From: Promethearchaeota archaeon
GTDB taxonomy: Archaea > Asgardarchaeota > Lokiarchaeia > Sigyniarchaeales > SOKP01
Length of the DNA stretch: 64,000 nucleotides
Direction of reading: 5' to 3'
Assembly (NCBI GenBank): GCA_019057865.1
Contig: JAHLWP010000003.1
Span: 128,001-192,000 of the forward strand
Position 1 is the first letter of the stretch; every line of letters starts with the position of its first letter. The notes under the pieces were generated by a model. That model searched no databases, was not told the DNA's origin, and saw only the letters and a program-made list of their open reading frames with translations. Shown piece by piece: positions 1 through 10,712 of this stretch. The translations under genes and the position numbers were made by a program.

Positions 1-561
1 CGTTATATGGAAACAATTTTAGAATCTATTGGGTGGTCTGTAGACTCTTCTATCAGAAGAGAATTAGTCAGAGTGTTGAAGGAAAAAGCCTGTTTTGTCT
101 CATTAGACTATAAGGAAGATTTAAATAGGAGTGAACAATATACAAAAGATTATTCTTTACCAGATGGTTCTACTATAACACTGAATCAGGAACGATTTAT
201 GATTCCAGAACTATTATTCAATCCATCTTCAGAATTAGAAGAAGATTCATTACCATATGCAATCATGGAGGTGGTAGAAGCCTGTGATTTGGATATTCGC
301 CCTGTTCTATTAAATAATATTTTTTTATCGGGGGGTTCGAGTATGTTTCCAAACCTTAAGTCACGTATCTACCAAGAATTAGAACTTGAATTGGCGAGGA
401 GAAAGAAAAAAAATCAAGTTATTAGAATTATTGCACCAACTGAAAGAACTTATTCTGTTTGGATAGGTGGTTCAATACTTGCTATGATCCCTGAATTTTC
501 AGAAAATTGGATAACGCGTGCTAAATATTTTAGTAAGGGGATCCCACCAAATCTTTTATAG
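1..561 (+). CDS. Actin-family protein (Asgard actin/Arp-like), C-terminal part; truncated at the window start
   Basis: Actin motifs LKEKACFVSLDY, YSLPDG, ERFMIPELLFNPS, CDLDIR, LSGGSSMFP and YSVWIGGSILA. The frame is open from base 1. Confidence 0.93.
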   Translation, partial: RYMETILESIGWSVDSSIRRELVRVLKEKACFVSLDYKEDLNRSEQYTKDYSLPDGSTITLNQERFMIPELLFNPSSELEEDSLPYAIMEVVEACDLDIRPVLLNNIFLSGGSSMFPNLKSRIYQELELELARRKKKNQVIRIIAPTERTYSVWIGGSILAMIPEFSENWITRAKYFSKGIPPNLL

Positions 562-664
562 GTCCTTTTTCTATTAAATGTGTTATGGTGATAATATATT
601 TTGTTAAATAACTGAATATTTTATTCATTCTTAATATTACAACTCGTTTTATAGGTATTTAATA

Positions 665-1003
665 ATGGAAGATCTTAAAGAAGATGAGTTTTATAAACCA
701 AATTATTCGAATTTATTCAATAAAATTAAGGATATAAAGATTCCTGTGAAAAATGAAATATTGATGGCTTTACTTGATGGTCAGTGGCATTCTGAACTTG
801 ATTTAATAAGGATTACTAAGAAGAACCAAAATTATATGGGAGCAGTTGTGCTCGGTACTATGGTGAATTCTTTAAACCACTATATTAAAAATAATTATTT
901 AGAGAGAAAAGTAATAAATGGTAAAATGTACTATAAAATTTCAGATAATTATGTCGGTTTAACAAGAGCAGCATATAGATTAAATCCAAAAAGTATATTC
1001 TGA
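665..1003 (+). CDS. Hypothetical protein, probable winged-helix DNA-binding fold
   Basis: 112 aa; helix-helix-helix followed by a YLERKVINGKMYYKIS wing-like hairpin. Confidence 0.55.
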   Translation: MEDLKEDEFYKPNYSNLFNKIKDIKIPVKNEILMALLDGQWHSELDLIRITKKNQNYMGAVVLGTMVNSLNHYIKNNYLERKVINGKMYYKISDNYVGLTRAAYRLNPKSIF

Positions 1004-1084
1004 AAAAGATAAAACAGTTTTAAAAGAATTAATAAATGCGAAAATTATAACACTTTTTTTAAATTCCTTGTTGGTTAAAATATT

Positions 1085-3256
1085 CTATTTTTTAACGCAT
1101 TGATTATTCAAAATCTTATACTCCTCACATTTGGAGCAGAACATATTCCCTGAGCCCTCTTTAAGGCTTTTATTCCAGCAATTAGGACAAATATAATAAC
1201 TCAATTCTTTATTATTTCTTCGATAATAAACTCTAAAAACATTAAATCCACATTTGAGACATTTTGAGTTTAAAATGGTTATCTTACCCTTTTGTGGTAA
1301 AGACAAATAACTTTTGCAATTATCATCAGAACAAGCAAGGAATCTCTTTCTTTTAGTCGTAGTTATTAATTTCATTGGATGCGCATTACAAAAAGGACAC
1401 ATAGAAGATGTAAGAGGCACTGATTTACTTTTACGTAAAGAGGTAACATCTTTAACTTTATAACTATTGATACGCTTAATAATTTCATTTTTATTTGAAA
1501 TAAATAAATCAAATAACTCTAAAAATTTCTTTTTGACAATATTAACTACATCCTCCATTTTTTTTCTATTTTCTTTAATTTCATTTAGTTGAACTTCCAC
1601 CTCTTTAGTAAAATTCGGTTCTAAAAAGGGTAACCAAATTTCTTTTAAGCATTCAATTAAAAAATCACCTAGTTCTGTAAGTATATATCTACCTTTATTA
1701 CGATAAATCAAATCACGCTTTTGTAATAATTGAATAATAGTAGGACGTGTCGATTTTGTTCCTAACTGATGCTTTTCCATTAACTTTAAAAGCGAAGTAT
1801 CTGTAAATCTTGCTGGTGGTTTAGTTTCTTTTTCATTCAAAAAGATTTCATCGACTGGAATTTTATTTTCTATGATTTTTATAAATATATCATAATTTTT
1901 TTTAAGGAAGGGAGCTATTGCTAAATATCCCTCGGATATTAGAACAAGGATTCTTGATTTAAATGGTTCATCTTTAATAGATAGTTTTAAAATTGTTTTT
2001 GATTCCATAGCATCAAATCCAAAGAGTGCTAAATAATGTCTGGCTAATACATCATAAACTCTTTTTTGAATATTATTTTTGAACCGAGAATCATTTAATT
2101 CCAAGCTTTCTAAAGGTGTTATTGGAGGATGATCTCCAGCATCTTTTTTTCCTTTTGTTGGTTTGACTCTATTATTTTTCAGCAGACTTTGAGTGTAATT
2201 CCAATATTGAGAATGAGTGATGAATTTCTTTAGATACTGAAGGTGATCAAAATTTGGTTTGTATATATCACTGTCAGTTCTTGGATATGATATTATTTTA
2301 TTAAGATATAAAGAATTCATTGTCTTTAAAGCAAGATTTGCATTAATCTTCAAAACTCTTGTAAGCAAAATAAGAGCTTTTGAAGTGTTAAGGGGTGTGG
2401 GCGGAGGATTTTTAACTAAATTTGTTGTATTTTTTATTACATATGCAAATTTTTCATCCTTAATTTTATTGAATATAGTCTTTGCTAATGTTTCATCTGC
2501 TTTTTTAAATGGATTCTTTTGATGGTATGCTTTAAATTTACCATCTTTATGATTCAAATTAGCTTGTATCGTAAAATAAGGTTCTGGTATAAAATTTTTA
2601 ATACGTTCTTCTAATAAATAGATTAAATATAACAATGAGGTCTGAACTCTACCAATTGATATAAATCTGGCATTAAGTTTATTCAAAAGTAGTCTAAAAG
2701 TATTAGTAGCTTCTTTTGTTGCAGAGAAACCTATTATAGCATCGATAATTGCCCTTGCCTCACCTGTTTTTGCCCAATTATACTTTGGTGGAATTGTTTG
2801 ATTAAATTTTTTTATTATTTCATGTTTTTGTAGTGAACTAAGCCACATTTGTGACAATCTGATGTTTGGATTTTCTTGAACAACAAAAGGTAATGCATCT
2901 ATAAGCCCAATATTGCATCCTTCAATATCTGCATCTGTTCCAATTATACAATAATTACAAATTTTAGCATATTCTTTTAATGCTTTAATATGAGCCCCTG
3001 TATATTTGATTGGTACCTTCTCAATTGATTTTGGATTAGTGATAATATCGCGAGGATTAATATTAGTCCAACTTTTAAACACACCAGTGTTTCTATATTC
3101 AAGTAGATGCCCCCTTAGGGGTAAAACATAAATATTTTTTGATGGTACATAATAAATGTTTAAATTTTTTGTTTTTTTTATCAATTTAACTGGTCCAAGA
3201 GCTTCTGCTATAGCTTCTGCAGCTTTTTTTTTCTCAGCTATTATTAGAATTGCCAT
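1085..3256 (-). CDS. topA: DNA topoisomerase IA with C-terminal Zn-ribbons
   Basis: TOPRIM motifs IIAEK and TDADIEG, SIGRVQT, catalytic ISYPRTDS, GDHPPITP, LGTKSTR, C-terminal CxxC repeats. The ATG at 3256 (MAILIIAEK) is preferred over TTG at 3304. Confidence 0.93.
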   Translation of the reverse strand: MAILIIAEKKKAAEAIAEALGPVKLIKKTKNLNIYYVPSKNIYVLPLRGHLLEYRNTGVFKSWTNINPRDIITNPKSIEKVPIKYTGAHIKALKEYAKICNYCIIGTDADIEGCNIGLIDALPFVVQENPNIRLSQMWLSSLQKHEIIKKFNQTIPPKYNWAKTGEARAIIDAIIGFSATKEATNTFRLLLNKLNARFISIGRVQTSLLYLIYLLEERIKNFIPEPYFTIQANLNHKDGKFKAYHQKNPFKKADETLAKTIFNKIKDEKFAYVIKNTTNLVKNPPPTPLNTSKALILLTRVLKINANLALKTMNSLYLNKIISYPRTDSDIYKPNFDHLQYLKKFITHSQYWNYTQSLLKNNRVKPTKGKKDAGDHPPITPLESLELNDSRFKNNIQKRVYDVLARHYLALFGFDAMESKTILKLSIKDEPFKSRILVLISEGYLAIAPFLKKNYDIFIKIIENKIPVDEIFLNEKETKPPARFTDTSLLKLMEKHQLGTKSTRPTIIQLLQKRDLIYRNKGRYILTELGDFLIECLKEIWLPFLEPNFTKEVEVQLNEIKENRKKMEDVVNIVKKKFLELFDLFISNKNEIIKRINSYKVKDVTSLRKSKSVPLTSSMCPFCNAHPMKLITTTKRKRFLACSDDNCKSYLSLPQKGKITILNSKCLKCGFNVFRVYYRRNNKELSYYICPNCWNKSLKEGSGNMFCSKCEEYKILNNQCVKK

Positions 3257-3383
3257 CTTAGTTATATTATTTAAAAAAATTTTCCTTTCTAATTTATTTA
3301 TCAAATATTCAATAAAAAAAATATAACTGAATAATGGATTACTAATAACTATTTAAAAAGAAAAATTATCATTGAATATCAAA

Positions 3384-6300
3384 TTACGAAGGAAGAGAAA
3401 ATGAAAATGTTGTACCTTCATTTAATCCTTCGGATTTAGCCCAGATTTCACCACCATGGGCTTCAACTATTCCCTTTGAAATATATAGACCAAGTCCCGT
3501 TCCTGTATCTTTGCTCCCAATTGGATGTTTTATACTTTCAAACTTTTTGAATAATCTACCTATTTCATCTTTAGTTAAACCAATTCCGTTGTCTTTAATT
3601 TCAAAAAAATATTTCTCATTTTCTTTTTTAGCCGAAATTTTAATCCAACCATAGTCAGGTGTAAATTTAATAGCATTTGAAATTAAATTAGTGAAAACAA
3701 GAAAGATTCGTGTAGGATCTACATTTATTATTATCTCATAATCAATATTAAGGATTATCTCAAGATTTTTTTCATTAATTAGATAGCTTAATTCGTCCAA
3801 GCAATTATTAATTATTTTACTTACATTTGTTTTTTCAATTTGTAATTGTAATCTACCTTCATCAATTTTCATAACTTCTAATAGTTGATCCATTAAAATT
3901 TCTAGGCGTTTGACATTTCTCTGAACTGTTTTCAAATCTTCAAATATTTCCGGAATTAAGGCGTTTTTATGCTTGAGAAGAATATAATCTGTATAACCAG
4001 AAATAGAAATTAAAGGTGTTTTTAGCTCATGAGCTGCCATAGTAATAAAATCATTTTTAATCTGGTCTAATTTTTTTAACTCAATGTTTTGGGCTCTTAA
4101 TTTTCTTTCAGATTCAATTAATTTTTGTTCTATTTTCTTTCTTTCTGTTATGTCACGTATAATGGTGATTACCTGAGCGACTTTACCCTCTGTAACAATT
4201 GGGAACTTTCGAGTTTCAGTAATTACATCAATCTCTGGCAAAATAGTGGTTTCTGTGGTGATAAGATGTATACCAGTGTCAAATACTTGTTGATATTCTT
4301 CATAAATAATGCTTGGCAAAAATGGGAAAGCTTCAGAAATTTTGCTACTAATAATATCTGTTTTAATATTGAGCTTTTTGAGCCATTTCTTAAGTGCTTG
4401 ATTCATCAAAATAATTCTCAAATCTCTATCAATAACATGCAGAGAATCACCTAAAGAATCAATAGTAGTACGGTATTGTTGCTCTGATTTTCTCAATTCA
4501 AGAGTCCTTTCTAATACTTTTTGCTCTAATAATCTATTCAATATTCTTAATTCTTCTTGAGATTTTTTTAGGTTTTGTTCAGCCTTTTTTTTTTCAGTTG
4601 TATCATGAATAATTGCCTGGATTAGAGTCTTATCACCAACATTTACTAGAGTGCTTTGGATGTCTAACCATAACTTCTTCTCATCGACTCTAGTAATCTG
4701 AAATTCTAAGGGCTCTAATTTATCTCCTTTGACAAATTTTACCCATCGCTCCTTTAATATGTCTATAAGAAATCCAGGTCTTTTAATTATCGATAATACT
4801 TCAGAAAACTTTTTTCCTATTAGATCTTTTCTTTCATAAGCAGAAAGTAAATTATTCATTGTAGAATTACAATCTAGAATTGTTCCATCTAATTCCAGTA
4901 ACCAAATAGCATATGGAGAGCTCTCAAATAAATGTCTGTATTTCTCTTCTGATTCTTTTAACTTTTTTTCTGCTATTTTTTTGTTAGTAACATCCCTTAA
5001 TAGAGTAACAAAACCAATTAAATTCCCATCATCATCATAGTAATTTTTTGAAGAACTTGACAACCAAATATAATGCCCATCTTGATGAATTGTACGATAT
5101 TCAACTTCTTTGGTCGTTAATACACTTTTTTCATTAACAGCCTTTGAGAATAATTTTTTTAAACGTTGAATATCATCGGGATGAATATCTTGAAATAATT
5201 TGGTTTCTAGATTAATTTCTTTACCTAGTAGCTCAGAAAATTGAGGAGAAACAAAACGAAATTTTCCATCAAGTCCAGTAATGACAATCACATCTTTAGT
5301 ATTTTCAATGATGTTTCTATACTTCTTTTCAGATTCTTTTATTTTTTGCTCTAAGCGAAATTTATCTGTAATATCTCGTGCTAAGCCACTAAATCCTATT
5401 TTATTTCGATTTGAATCATATCTTAAATAGATTGAAGATTCACATATCACTTGTTCTCCATTTCTTTTCAAAAATTGAAATTGAAAATCACTTTTAGGAA
5501 TTTCAGTTTCATAAACATTTTTATATACTTGGAAAATTTTATTCCTATTTTCTTCATCTACTAAATTCTTAAAATTTAAGCCTAATAATTCATTCCTTGG
5601 GATTCCTTGAAGATCACATAAAGCATCATTAAAAAAAGTAAAATTTCCTTTTAAATCAACTTCGAAATAGCTTTCTTTAATGTTTTCAAGGATACCGCGA
5701 TATTTTACTTCAGACTCTCTTAATTTTTGTTCTGCTACTCTTCGAATTGTGATATCTCTATAAGTGGAAAGAATTCCTACAACCTCCCCATCTAAATTAT
5801 GGAGTGGAATTCTATTTACTTCAAACCAAATTTGGTTACCATTAAGTAAAACTAAAAATTCTATAGTGTGATATTCAGCTTTATTATTTGCCATTACTCT
5901 TCTTTCATTCTCTTGAATTTTTGTTAGATCTTCCTTAATCCATAGTAAATCATCATCATTTTTACCTACTATGTTTATTGGGTTTTTAATTCCGGTTAAA
6001 GCAGCAAAATTTTGATTACATCCTAAATAATTCAAATTTCTATCTTTCCAATGGATTAACTGAGGGATATTATCAATCACTAACTCTAACATTTCTCTAG
6101 TTTTTTGATATGCAGCAATACCTTTCTTAGATTGAAGAAATTTCCAATATCTAATTTCAGGTAAAGTTTCTGTTAATTCATTGAATCTTGCTTGACGAAC
6201 CTTTATTTCTTGTTCCATTTTTTTAAACTTTGTTATTTCTCTAGAGAATAAAATAATTTTATTTTCTTTAGATGTATCAACAAATCGTTTACTTTTTATC

Positions 6301-6584
6301 TCGTACCAATTGAAAATTATATCTCCATATTTAATTCTAATCTCGGCAGTTCCATATCCTAATTTAAAGGTTCTTTCCAATAAGTCAATCATTGAAACTA
6401 TATCATGTGGATGAATAAAGTGATTTAATTTTTTATTTTCAATTGAAATATATAATTCTTCTAAGTCTGCTTTTAAATTCGTATACTCACATTTATAGTT
6501 CCTATTAAAGATAAAAATCAGATCTTCAATATTCTCAGATATTATTTGACCTATATTATAAGTGTTTTTAGATGAACTTGACAT
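3384..6584 (-). CDS. Soluble multi-PAS (about 6 PAS/PAC) sensor histidine kinase
   Basis: Six RDIT/REIT/RDVT/HDTT-type PAC ends; H-box AAHELKTPL; N-box NLISNAIKFT; DNGIG; GTGLGL; no TM segment. Confidence 0.93.
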   Translation of the reverse strand: MSSSSKNTYNIGQIISENIEDLIFIFNRNYKCEYTNLKADLEELYISIENKKLNHFIHPHDIVSMIDLLERTFKLGYGTAEIRIKYGDIIFNWYEIKSKRFVDTSKENKIILFSREITKFKKMEQEIKVRQARFNELTETLPEIRYWKFLQSKKGIAAYQKTREMLELVIDNIPQLIHWKDRNLNYLGCNQNFAALTGIKNPINIVGKNDDDLLWIKEDLTKIQENERRVMANNKAEYHTIEFLVLLNGNQIWFEVNRIPLHNLDGEVVGILSTYRDITIRRVAEQKLRESEVKYRGILENIKESYFEVDLKGNFTFFNDALCDLQGIPRNELLGLNFKNLVDEENRNKIFQVYKNVYETEIPKSDFQFQFLKRNGEQVICESSIYLRYDSNRNKIGFSGLARDITDKFRLEQKIKESEKKYRNIIENTKDVIVITGLDGKFRFVSPQFSELLGKEINLETKLFQDIHPDDIQRLKKLFSKAVNEKSVLTTKEVEYRTIHQDGHYIWLSSSSKNYYDDDGNLIGFVTLLRDVTNKKIAEKKLKESEEKYRHLFESSPYAIWLLELDGTILDCNSTMNNLLSAYERKDLIGKKFSEVLSIIKRPGFLIDILKERWVKFVKGDKLEPLEFQITRVDEKKLWLDIQSTLVNVGDKTLIQAIIHDTTEKKKAEQNLKKSQEELRILNRLLEQKVLERTLELRKSEQQYRTTIDSLGDSLHVIDRDLRIILMNQALKKWLKKLNIKTDIISSKISEAFPFLPSIIYEEYQQVFDTGIHLITTETTILPEIDVITETRKFPIVTEGKVAQVITIIRDITERKKIEQKLIESERKLRAQNIELKKLDQIKNDFITMAAHELKTPLISISGYTDYILLKHKNALIPEIFEDLKTVQRNVKRLEILMDQLLEVMKIDEGRLQLQIEKTNVSKIINNCLDELSYLINEKNLEIILNIDYEIIINVDPTRIFLVFTNLISNAIKFTPDYGWIKISAKKENEKYFFEIKDNGIGLTKDEIGRLFKKFESIKHPIGSKDTGTGLGLYISKGIVEAHGGEIWAKSEGLNEGTTFSFSLPS

Positions 6585-6733
6585 TTTCGAAAACTCCCTA
6601 CACTTAATTTTTTAAAATTTGGTATAACCAAAGATAATTTTATAGTATTATACTATAATAATTATTAAAGCAAACAAGAATTTATTTCTTAAATAAAATT
6701 AAATAAAATAACTTATCTTTATGTTAAATACTA

Positions 6734-7360
6734 ATGCCTTTTATAGAGCCTCATTTTGAAATAGATGATAAAGGAAGGGTTATTTGCCAACAACACCCAA
6801 ATTATCCGTTTTTCATAATGCCAAATAAAAGTCATTTTGAAGAGAGAAAATTAGAACTTTTATTAACATGTAAAACCTGTTCTCATTATCAAAATAATGA
6901 TTGCTATTTTTCAAATTCTAGAATTAATAATATTGAGCAGAAGAGACTAAAAAAATCAGATTATTTATGCAAATTGTGTGGAAATCGCATTGATAGAATG
7001 TTTACTATTATTCATAAAATATATTTTAAGGAAAGTTATAATATTGATATCCCATTAATCTGTTGTAATTGCTATGAAAGTTTAAAAAGAAATGAGTTTG
7101 TTTCAAGATCTAAATGGAAAATTTATCTTATTTTAATTAGTCTATTTTCTACAGTCTTTTTCCTTATTTATTTTTTAACATTTGGGTTAATTTTTGGCTC
7201 GCCTCTAAGCTCGTCTTTTACTTTTTTGCTAATAGGGATTATATTATGGGCAATTATTGTATTTAGAGATTTGAGGAAATTGAAACAGATAATCTCAGGA
7301 AGAAAATTTTATAAAAAATATTTTATAAATAAACAATCTATTAGTGGGGGCAAAAGATAA
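6734..7360 (+). CDS. Cys/His-rich (Zn-binding) membrane protein, hypothetical
   Basis: CQQH, CKTC..C, CKLC and CCNC, followed by two hydrophobic helices. Confidence 0.6.
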   Translation: MPFIEPHFEIDDKGRVICQQHPNYPFFIMPNKSHFEERKLELLLTCKTCSHYQNNDCYFSNSRINNIEQKRLKKSDYLCKLCGNRIDRMFTIIHKIYFKESYNIDIPLICCNCYESLKRNEFVSRSKWKIYLILISLFSTVFFLIYFLTFGLIFGSPLSSSFTFLLIGIILWAIIVFRDLRKLKQIISGRKFYKKYFINKQSISGGKR

Positions 7361-7363
7361 AAA

Positions 7364-8467
7364 TTACCCTAAGGAACCTGCCCTCCCTCTCACATTTTTT
7401 CGCATTTGCTCTTGCCTTGAAACTATTTCACTAAATTGATCTTTTGATTTATTAGTTAAATTAACAATTTCAGGGACAAAATTATATTGAATAAAATATT
7501 TTTTACATTCTTCTGAGATTAATCCATTAGAGATATTTTTAGGATCCTTTTTAAAATAATTAAAATTAGACTCCCATTCATCTAAAAACATATGCAGATT
7601 TTTCCTTAATTGAAAAATAGGTAGAACTCCCATACTATTTGGAGTATTAATTGCTATGTTTGCATATTTGACAGAAAATCTATTTCCATTAAATGAAATT
7701 GCTACACCACCTTCAACATTTACTCTCTGGAGCATATTAATATCTGTTATCGAGTCCCCTAATGCAATCATTTTAGAAATAGGTATACCTGTTCTTTTTG
7801 AAATTTCTTCCACAGCTAATTCCTTCCTTTTTCCACCTCTAACTTTTACTTGATTCATGACCTTAATATAAGCAGAGTTGTTATTTTTCCAAAAGAAATC
7901 ATTTAAATCTTCTATGACACTATTAAGATCCTTATTATTATCTATATAATTTTGAAAAATTTCTCTTACTAAAACATTTAGTTCATAATTTATGTTTGAT
8001 AGCCCTTCCTTTAAGTCATGAATGTTTAGTTCAGTACAATAGACATGATCTCTCGGTATTTTTAATGCTGATGAAACATTATGTGCAAATTGAGCATAGC
8101 TTGTAGAAATAACAAATATCTCCCATGTTTTTTGAAGAATTTGCATTAATTCTTGACATCCAGGTAACAATCCAAGATTCTGTTTTGCTAAATTAATTAA
8201 ATCTTTTTCAGAAAAACAAGCAACGTAGATGGGTGCCATTAAACTTAAAGTATCGCCTGGTTGATACTCAGGTATTTTTAACTTTTTCTTAACTCCTGGG
8301 GCATCTATTATATAATCATCATAAGTAGAAATCATGAAGAAGAATTCTCCCATATCATATTTATGAAGATTTAGATCTTTTTTTTTACTTAATAACCGCC
8401 CCATTTCTAAAGCAAAATCCAAAACACTAATTGGTCCCTCCAAATCCCAGCAGCAAACATTATCCAT
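7364..8467 (-). CDS. HAD-superfamily hydrolase (EhaR/COG4030-like)
   Basis: WDLEGP motif I, ISTSY motif II, GDSITD motif IV, ISFNGN. Confidence 0.75.
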   Translation of the reverse strand: MDNVCCWDLEGPISVLDFALEMGRLLSKKKDLNLHKYDMGEFFFMISTYDDYIIDAPGVKKKLKIPEYQPGDTLSLMAPIYVACFSEKDLINLAKQNLGLLPGCQELMQILQKTWEIFVISTSYAQFAHNVSSALKIPRDHVYCTELNIHDLKEGLSNINYELNVLVREIFQNYIDNNKDLNSVIEDLNDFFWKNNNSAYIKVMNQVKVRGGKRKELAVEEISKRTGIPISKMIALGDSITDINMLQRVNVEGGVAISFNGNRFSVKYANIAINTPNSMGVLPIFQLRKNLHMFLDEWESNFNYFKKDPKNISNGLISEECKKYFIQYNFVPEIVNLTNKSKDQFSEIVSRQEQMRKNVRGRAGSLG

Positions 8468-8598
8468 TTTTTATCGTTTTCGAATATCATTTACTTTGCT
8501 TTAAATAAAAAGAATTTAAATTTCTTAAAAAATCTCTTATTACGAGCTTGTTATAACTACTGAGTAAAGTCTATTAATAGCGAAACAAATCTTCATGA

Positions 8599-9084
8599 TC
8601 AAAGTTTTACTTTAAATATTTCCTCAATAGATTTCTCCCTCTTTGCTTTCTTAATTATTTCCCGCCAATTGGGTTCTATTGCATCAAAACTACCCTCAGC
8701 AAGCTCCCTTAATTCTACATCTATAGAATTTAGAAATGATCCAATATAAGGTAAAGCCCTTTTATCTTTAAGCCTTGTTAGACTTTCTAAGATGCAAATA
8801 ATCCTAAATTTGTCTATTTCTTGTCTTTTTAATTCTTCTCTTAGAATATTAATTATGCTTAAAGTAACTTTTGCATCTCCTATTCTTCCCATTGCTTCGA
8901 TTATCCTATTAACTACCATATATTCTTTTTCTGATTTAATAGCCCTCCACAGTAAATTTGATGCGCGAGGATCTTTTAAAAGCCCTAACTTTCTGGCAGC
9001 TTCGGCTCTTTTTTGCCAGTCATTACTATTAAATAATAGACGAATTAGTTCATTGAAATTAGCATTTTTAGAATAAGCAGACAT
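8599..9084 (-). CDS. HEAT/PBS-lyase-type repeat protein
   Basis: Repeats WQKRAEAARKLGLLKD, IIEAMGRIGD and ESLTRLKDKRALP. Confidence 0.8.
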   Translation of the reverse strand: MSAYSKNANFNELIRLLFNSNDWQKRAEAARKLGLLKDPRASNLLWRAIKSEKEYMVVNRIIEAMGRIGDAKVTLSIINILREELKRQEIDKFRIICILESLTRLKDKRALPYIGSFLNSIDVELRELAEGSFDAIEPNWREIIKKAKREKSIEEIFKVKL

Positions 9085-9156
9085 ATTTCAAGTTAAAATA
9101 AAATTGGATATTATTATAATATGGTGATTATAAAATATTAAAATTTTCTTATTGGT

Positions 9157-10476
9157 TTATTTGTTCAAGAGTGAATTCATATGATCAATTCTTTTCTGGA
9201 GCAAGTCTAATGTTCCCACGTCTTTTCTATGAAATAATTTGCCTTCAATACAACTAACACCGCGTTCGGCAATTTTTTCTGCTTCTTCAAGTGTGTTAGC
9301 AATCCCTAGGACTCCCATTGCTCTTGATGTCGTCGTATAAATATTATTTCCTTCCCGATATACAGAAGCATAATAATATTTCGCGCCAATATCATTTAGT
9401 TTTTCCTTGTTAATTTTTACAATTTGATCTTTTTTTGGAGATACTGGATATCCTTCAGGTGCTAGATATTTACACACAGTGGCATTTTTTTCATAACTAA
9501 TATTTCCTGATAAATTTCCATCAATAATCTTCCAACATATATCCACAAAATTAGCTTCAAGCAACGGTAGGACATTCATTGCCTCAGGATCACCCCATCT
9601 TGCATTATATTCAATCATTTTCAGCCCCTTTGCTGTTTTCATGAATTGTCCATAAAGAAATCCTTTATATTCCACACCTGTTTCAGCTTTCACAGCTGCT
9701 ACAGTTTTTTTCATATCATCTAATGCCATTTTAACATCTTCTTGAGTAATAAATGGTAATAGATGATCTTCCATACTATATGAGCCCATACCTCCTGTAT
9801 TTGGGCCCTTATCACCATCATATGCCCTCTTATGGTCTTGAACTAAAGGTGAACCTACTACATTTTTACCATCTACAAAAGTTTGTAATGTAAACTCCTC
9901 TCCATCACATTTCTCTTCTAAAAGAAATCTACTTTTCTTATTTATTAATTCTTGGCAATACTCTAAAATTTCTTTTTTCGAAAAGAGGTGATCTCCATAA
10001 ACCCTTACTCCTTTTCCCCCTGTTAAACCTTCTGGTTTTATAACAATATGTTCCTCTCCTATATCTTTGATGTAATTTTCTACACCATTCATTGAGTCAA
10101 ACATCTTACTTTTTACATTAGATGGAATTTTATATTTTTCAAGTAAAAATCGTGTAAATACTTTTGATCCTTCTAATTGTGCAGCTTCAATTCCTGGACC
10201 AACACATGGAATACCATTTTTTTCTATAGCATTGACAATCCCAACACATAAAGGAGCTTCTGGGCCTATAACAACAAAATCAATTTTTTTATTTTTGCAG
10301 AACTCAACAATTTCTTTGAAATCTGTTTCAGAATGAATTTTTATATCTTTACTTAAATCTTCTAATCCTGCATTTTTAAAACTCATAAAAGAATATAAAG
10401 TCGCACCTCCACGTACTAAAGATTCCCCAATTACATGCTCTCTAGCACCATGACCAATAATTAAACAATTAACCAT
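9157..10476 (-). CDS. purD: Phosphoribosylamine-glycine ligase
   Basis: GHGAREH, IGPEAPL, LEGSK, GLTGGKGV, QDHKRAYDGDKGPNTGGMG, EYNARWGDPE. Confidence 0.97.
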   Translation of the reverse strand: MVNCLIIGHGAREHVIGESLVRGGATLYSFMSFKNAGLEDLSKDIKIHSETDFKEIVEFCKNKKIDFVVIGPEAPLCVGIVNAIEKNGIPCVGPGIEAAQLEGSKVFTRFLLEKYKIPSNVKSKMFDSMNGVENYIKDIGEEHIVIKPEGLTGGKGVRVYGDHLFSKKEILEYCQELINKKSRFLLEEKCDGEEFTLQTFVDGKNVVGSPLVQDHKRAYDGDKGPNTGGMGSYSMEDHLLPFITQEDVKMALDDMKKTVAAVKAETGVEYKGFLYGQFMKTAKGLKMIEYNARWGDPEAMNVLPLLEANFVDICWKIIDGNLSGNISYEKNATVCKYLAPEGYPVSPKKDQIVKINKEKLNDIGAKYYYASVYREGNNIYTTTSRAMGVLGIANTLEEAEKIAERGVSCIEGKLFHRKDVGTLDLLQKRIDHMNSLLNK

Positions 10477-10712
10477 AAATCTTCAACACATTTAAGAAAT
10501 CTATTTATATATTAATTTATTTATCAGTTTGATATATTTAGATTACCAAATAATTTTAATTTTAATTATTAACCAATGATTATTATCAATTTTTATAAGT
10601 AATTATTAATTGGTGAAAAAATCCGAAAACTTAATCGAAAGACTATTAAGATCATAATTCACTCTATTTTTCAATTAATATAATATTGATTAATTATTTT
10701 TAGGGGATAAAA

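Noticed and set aside
10480-10712. AT-only palindromes in intergenic DNA (also 13470-13700 and 58200-58460)
   Set aside because: Expected by chance at this AT content.
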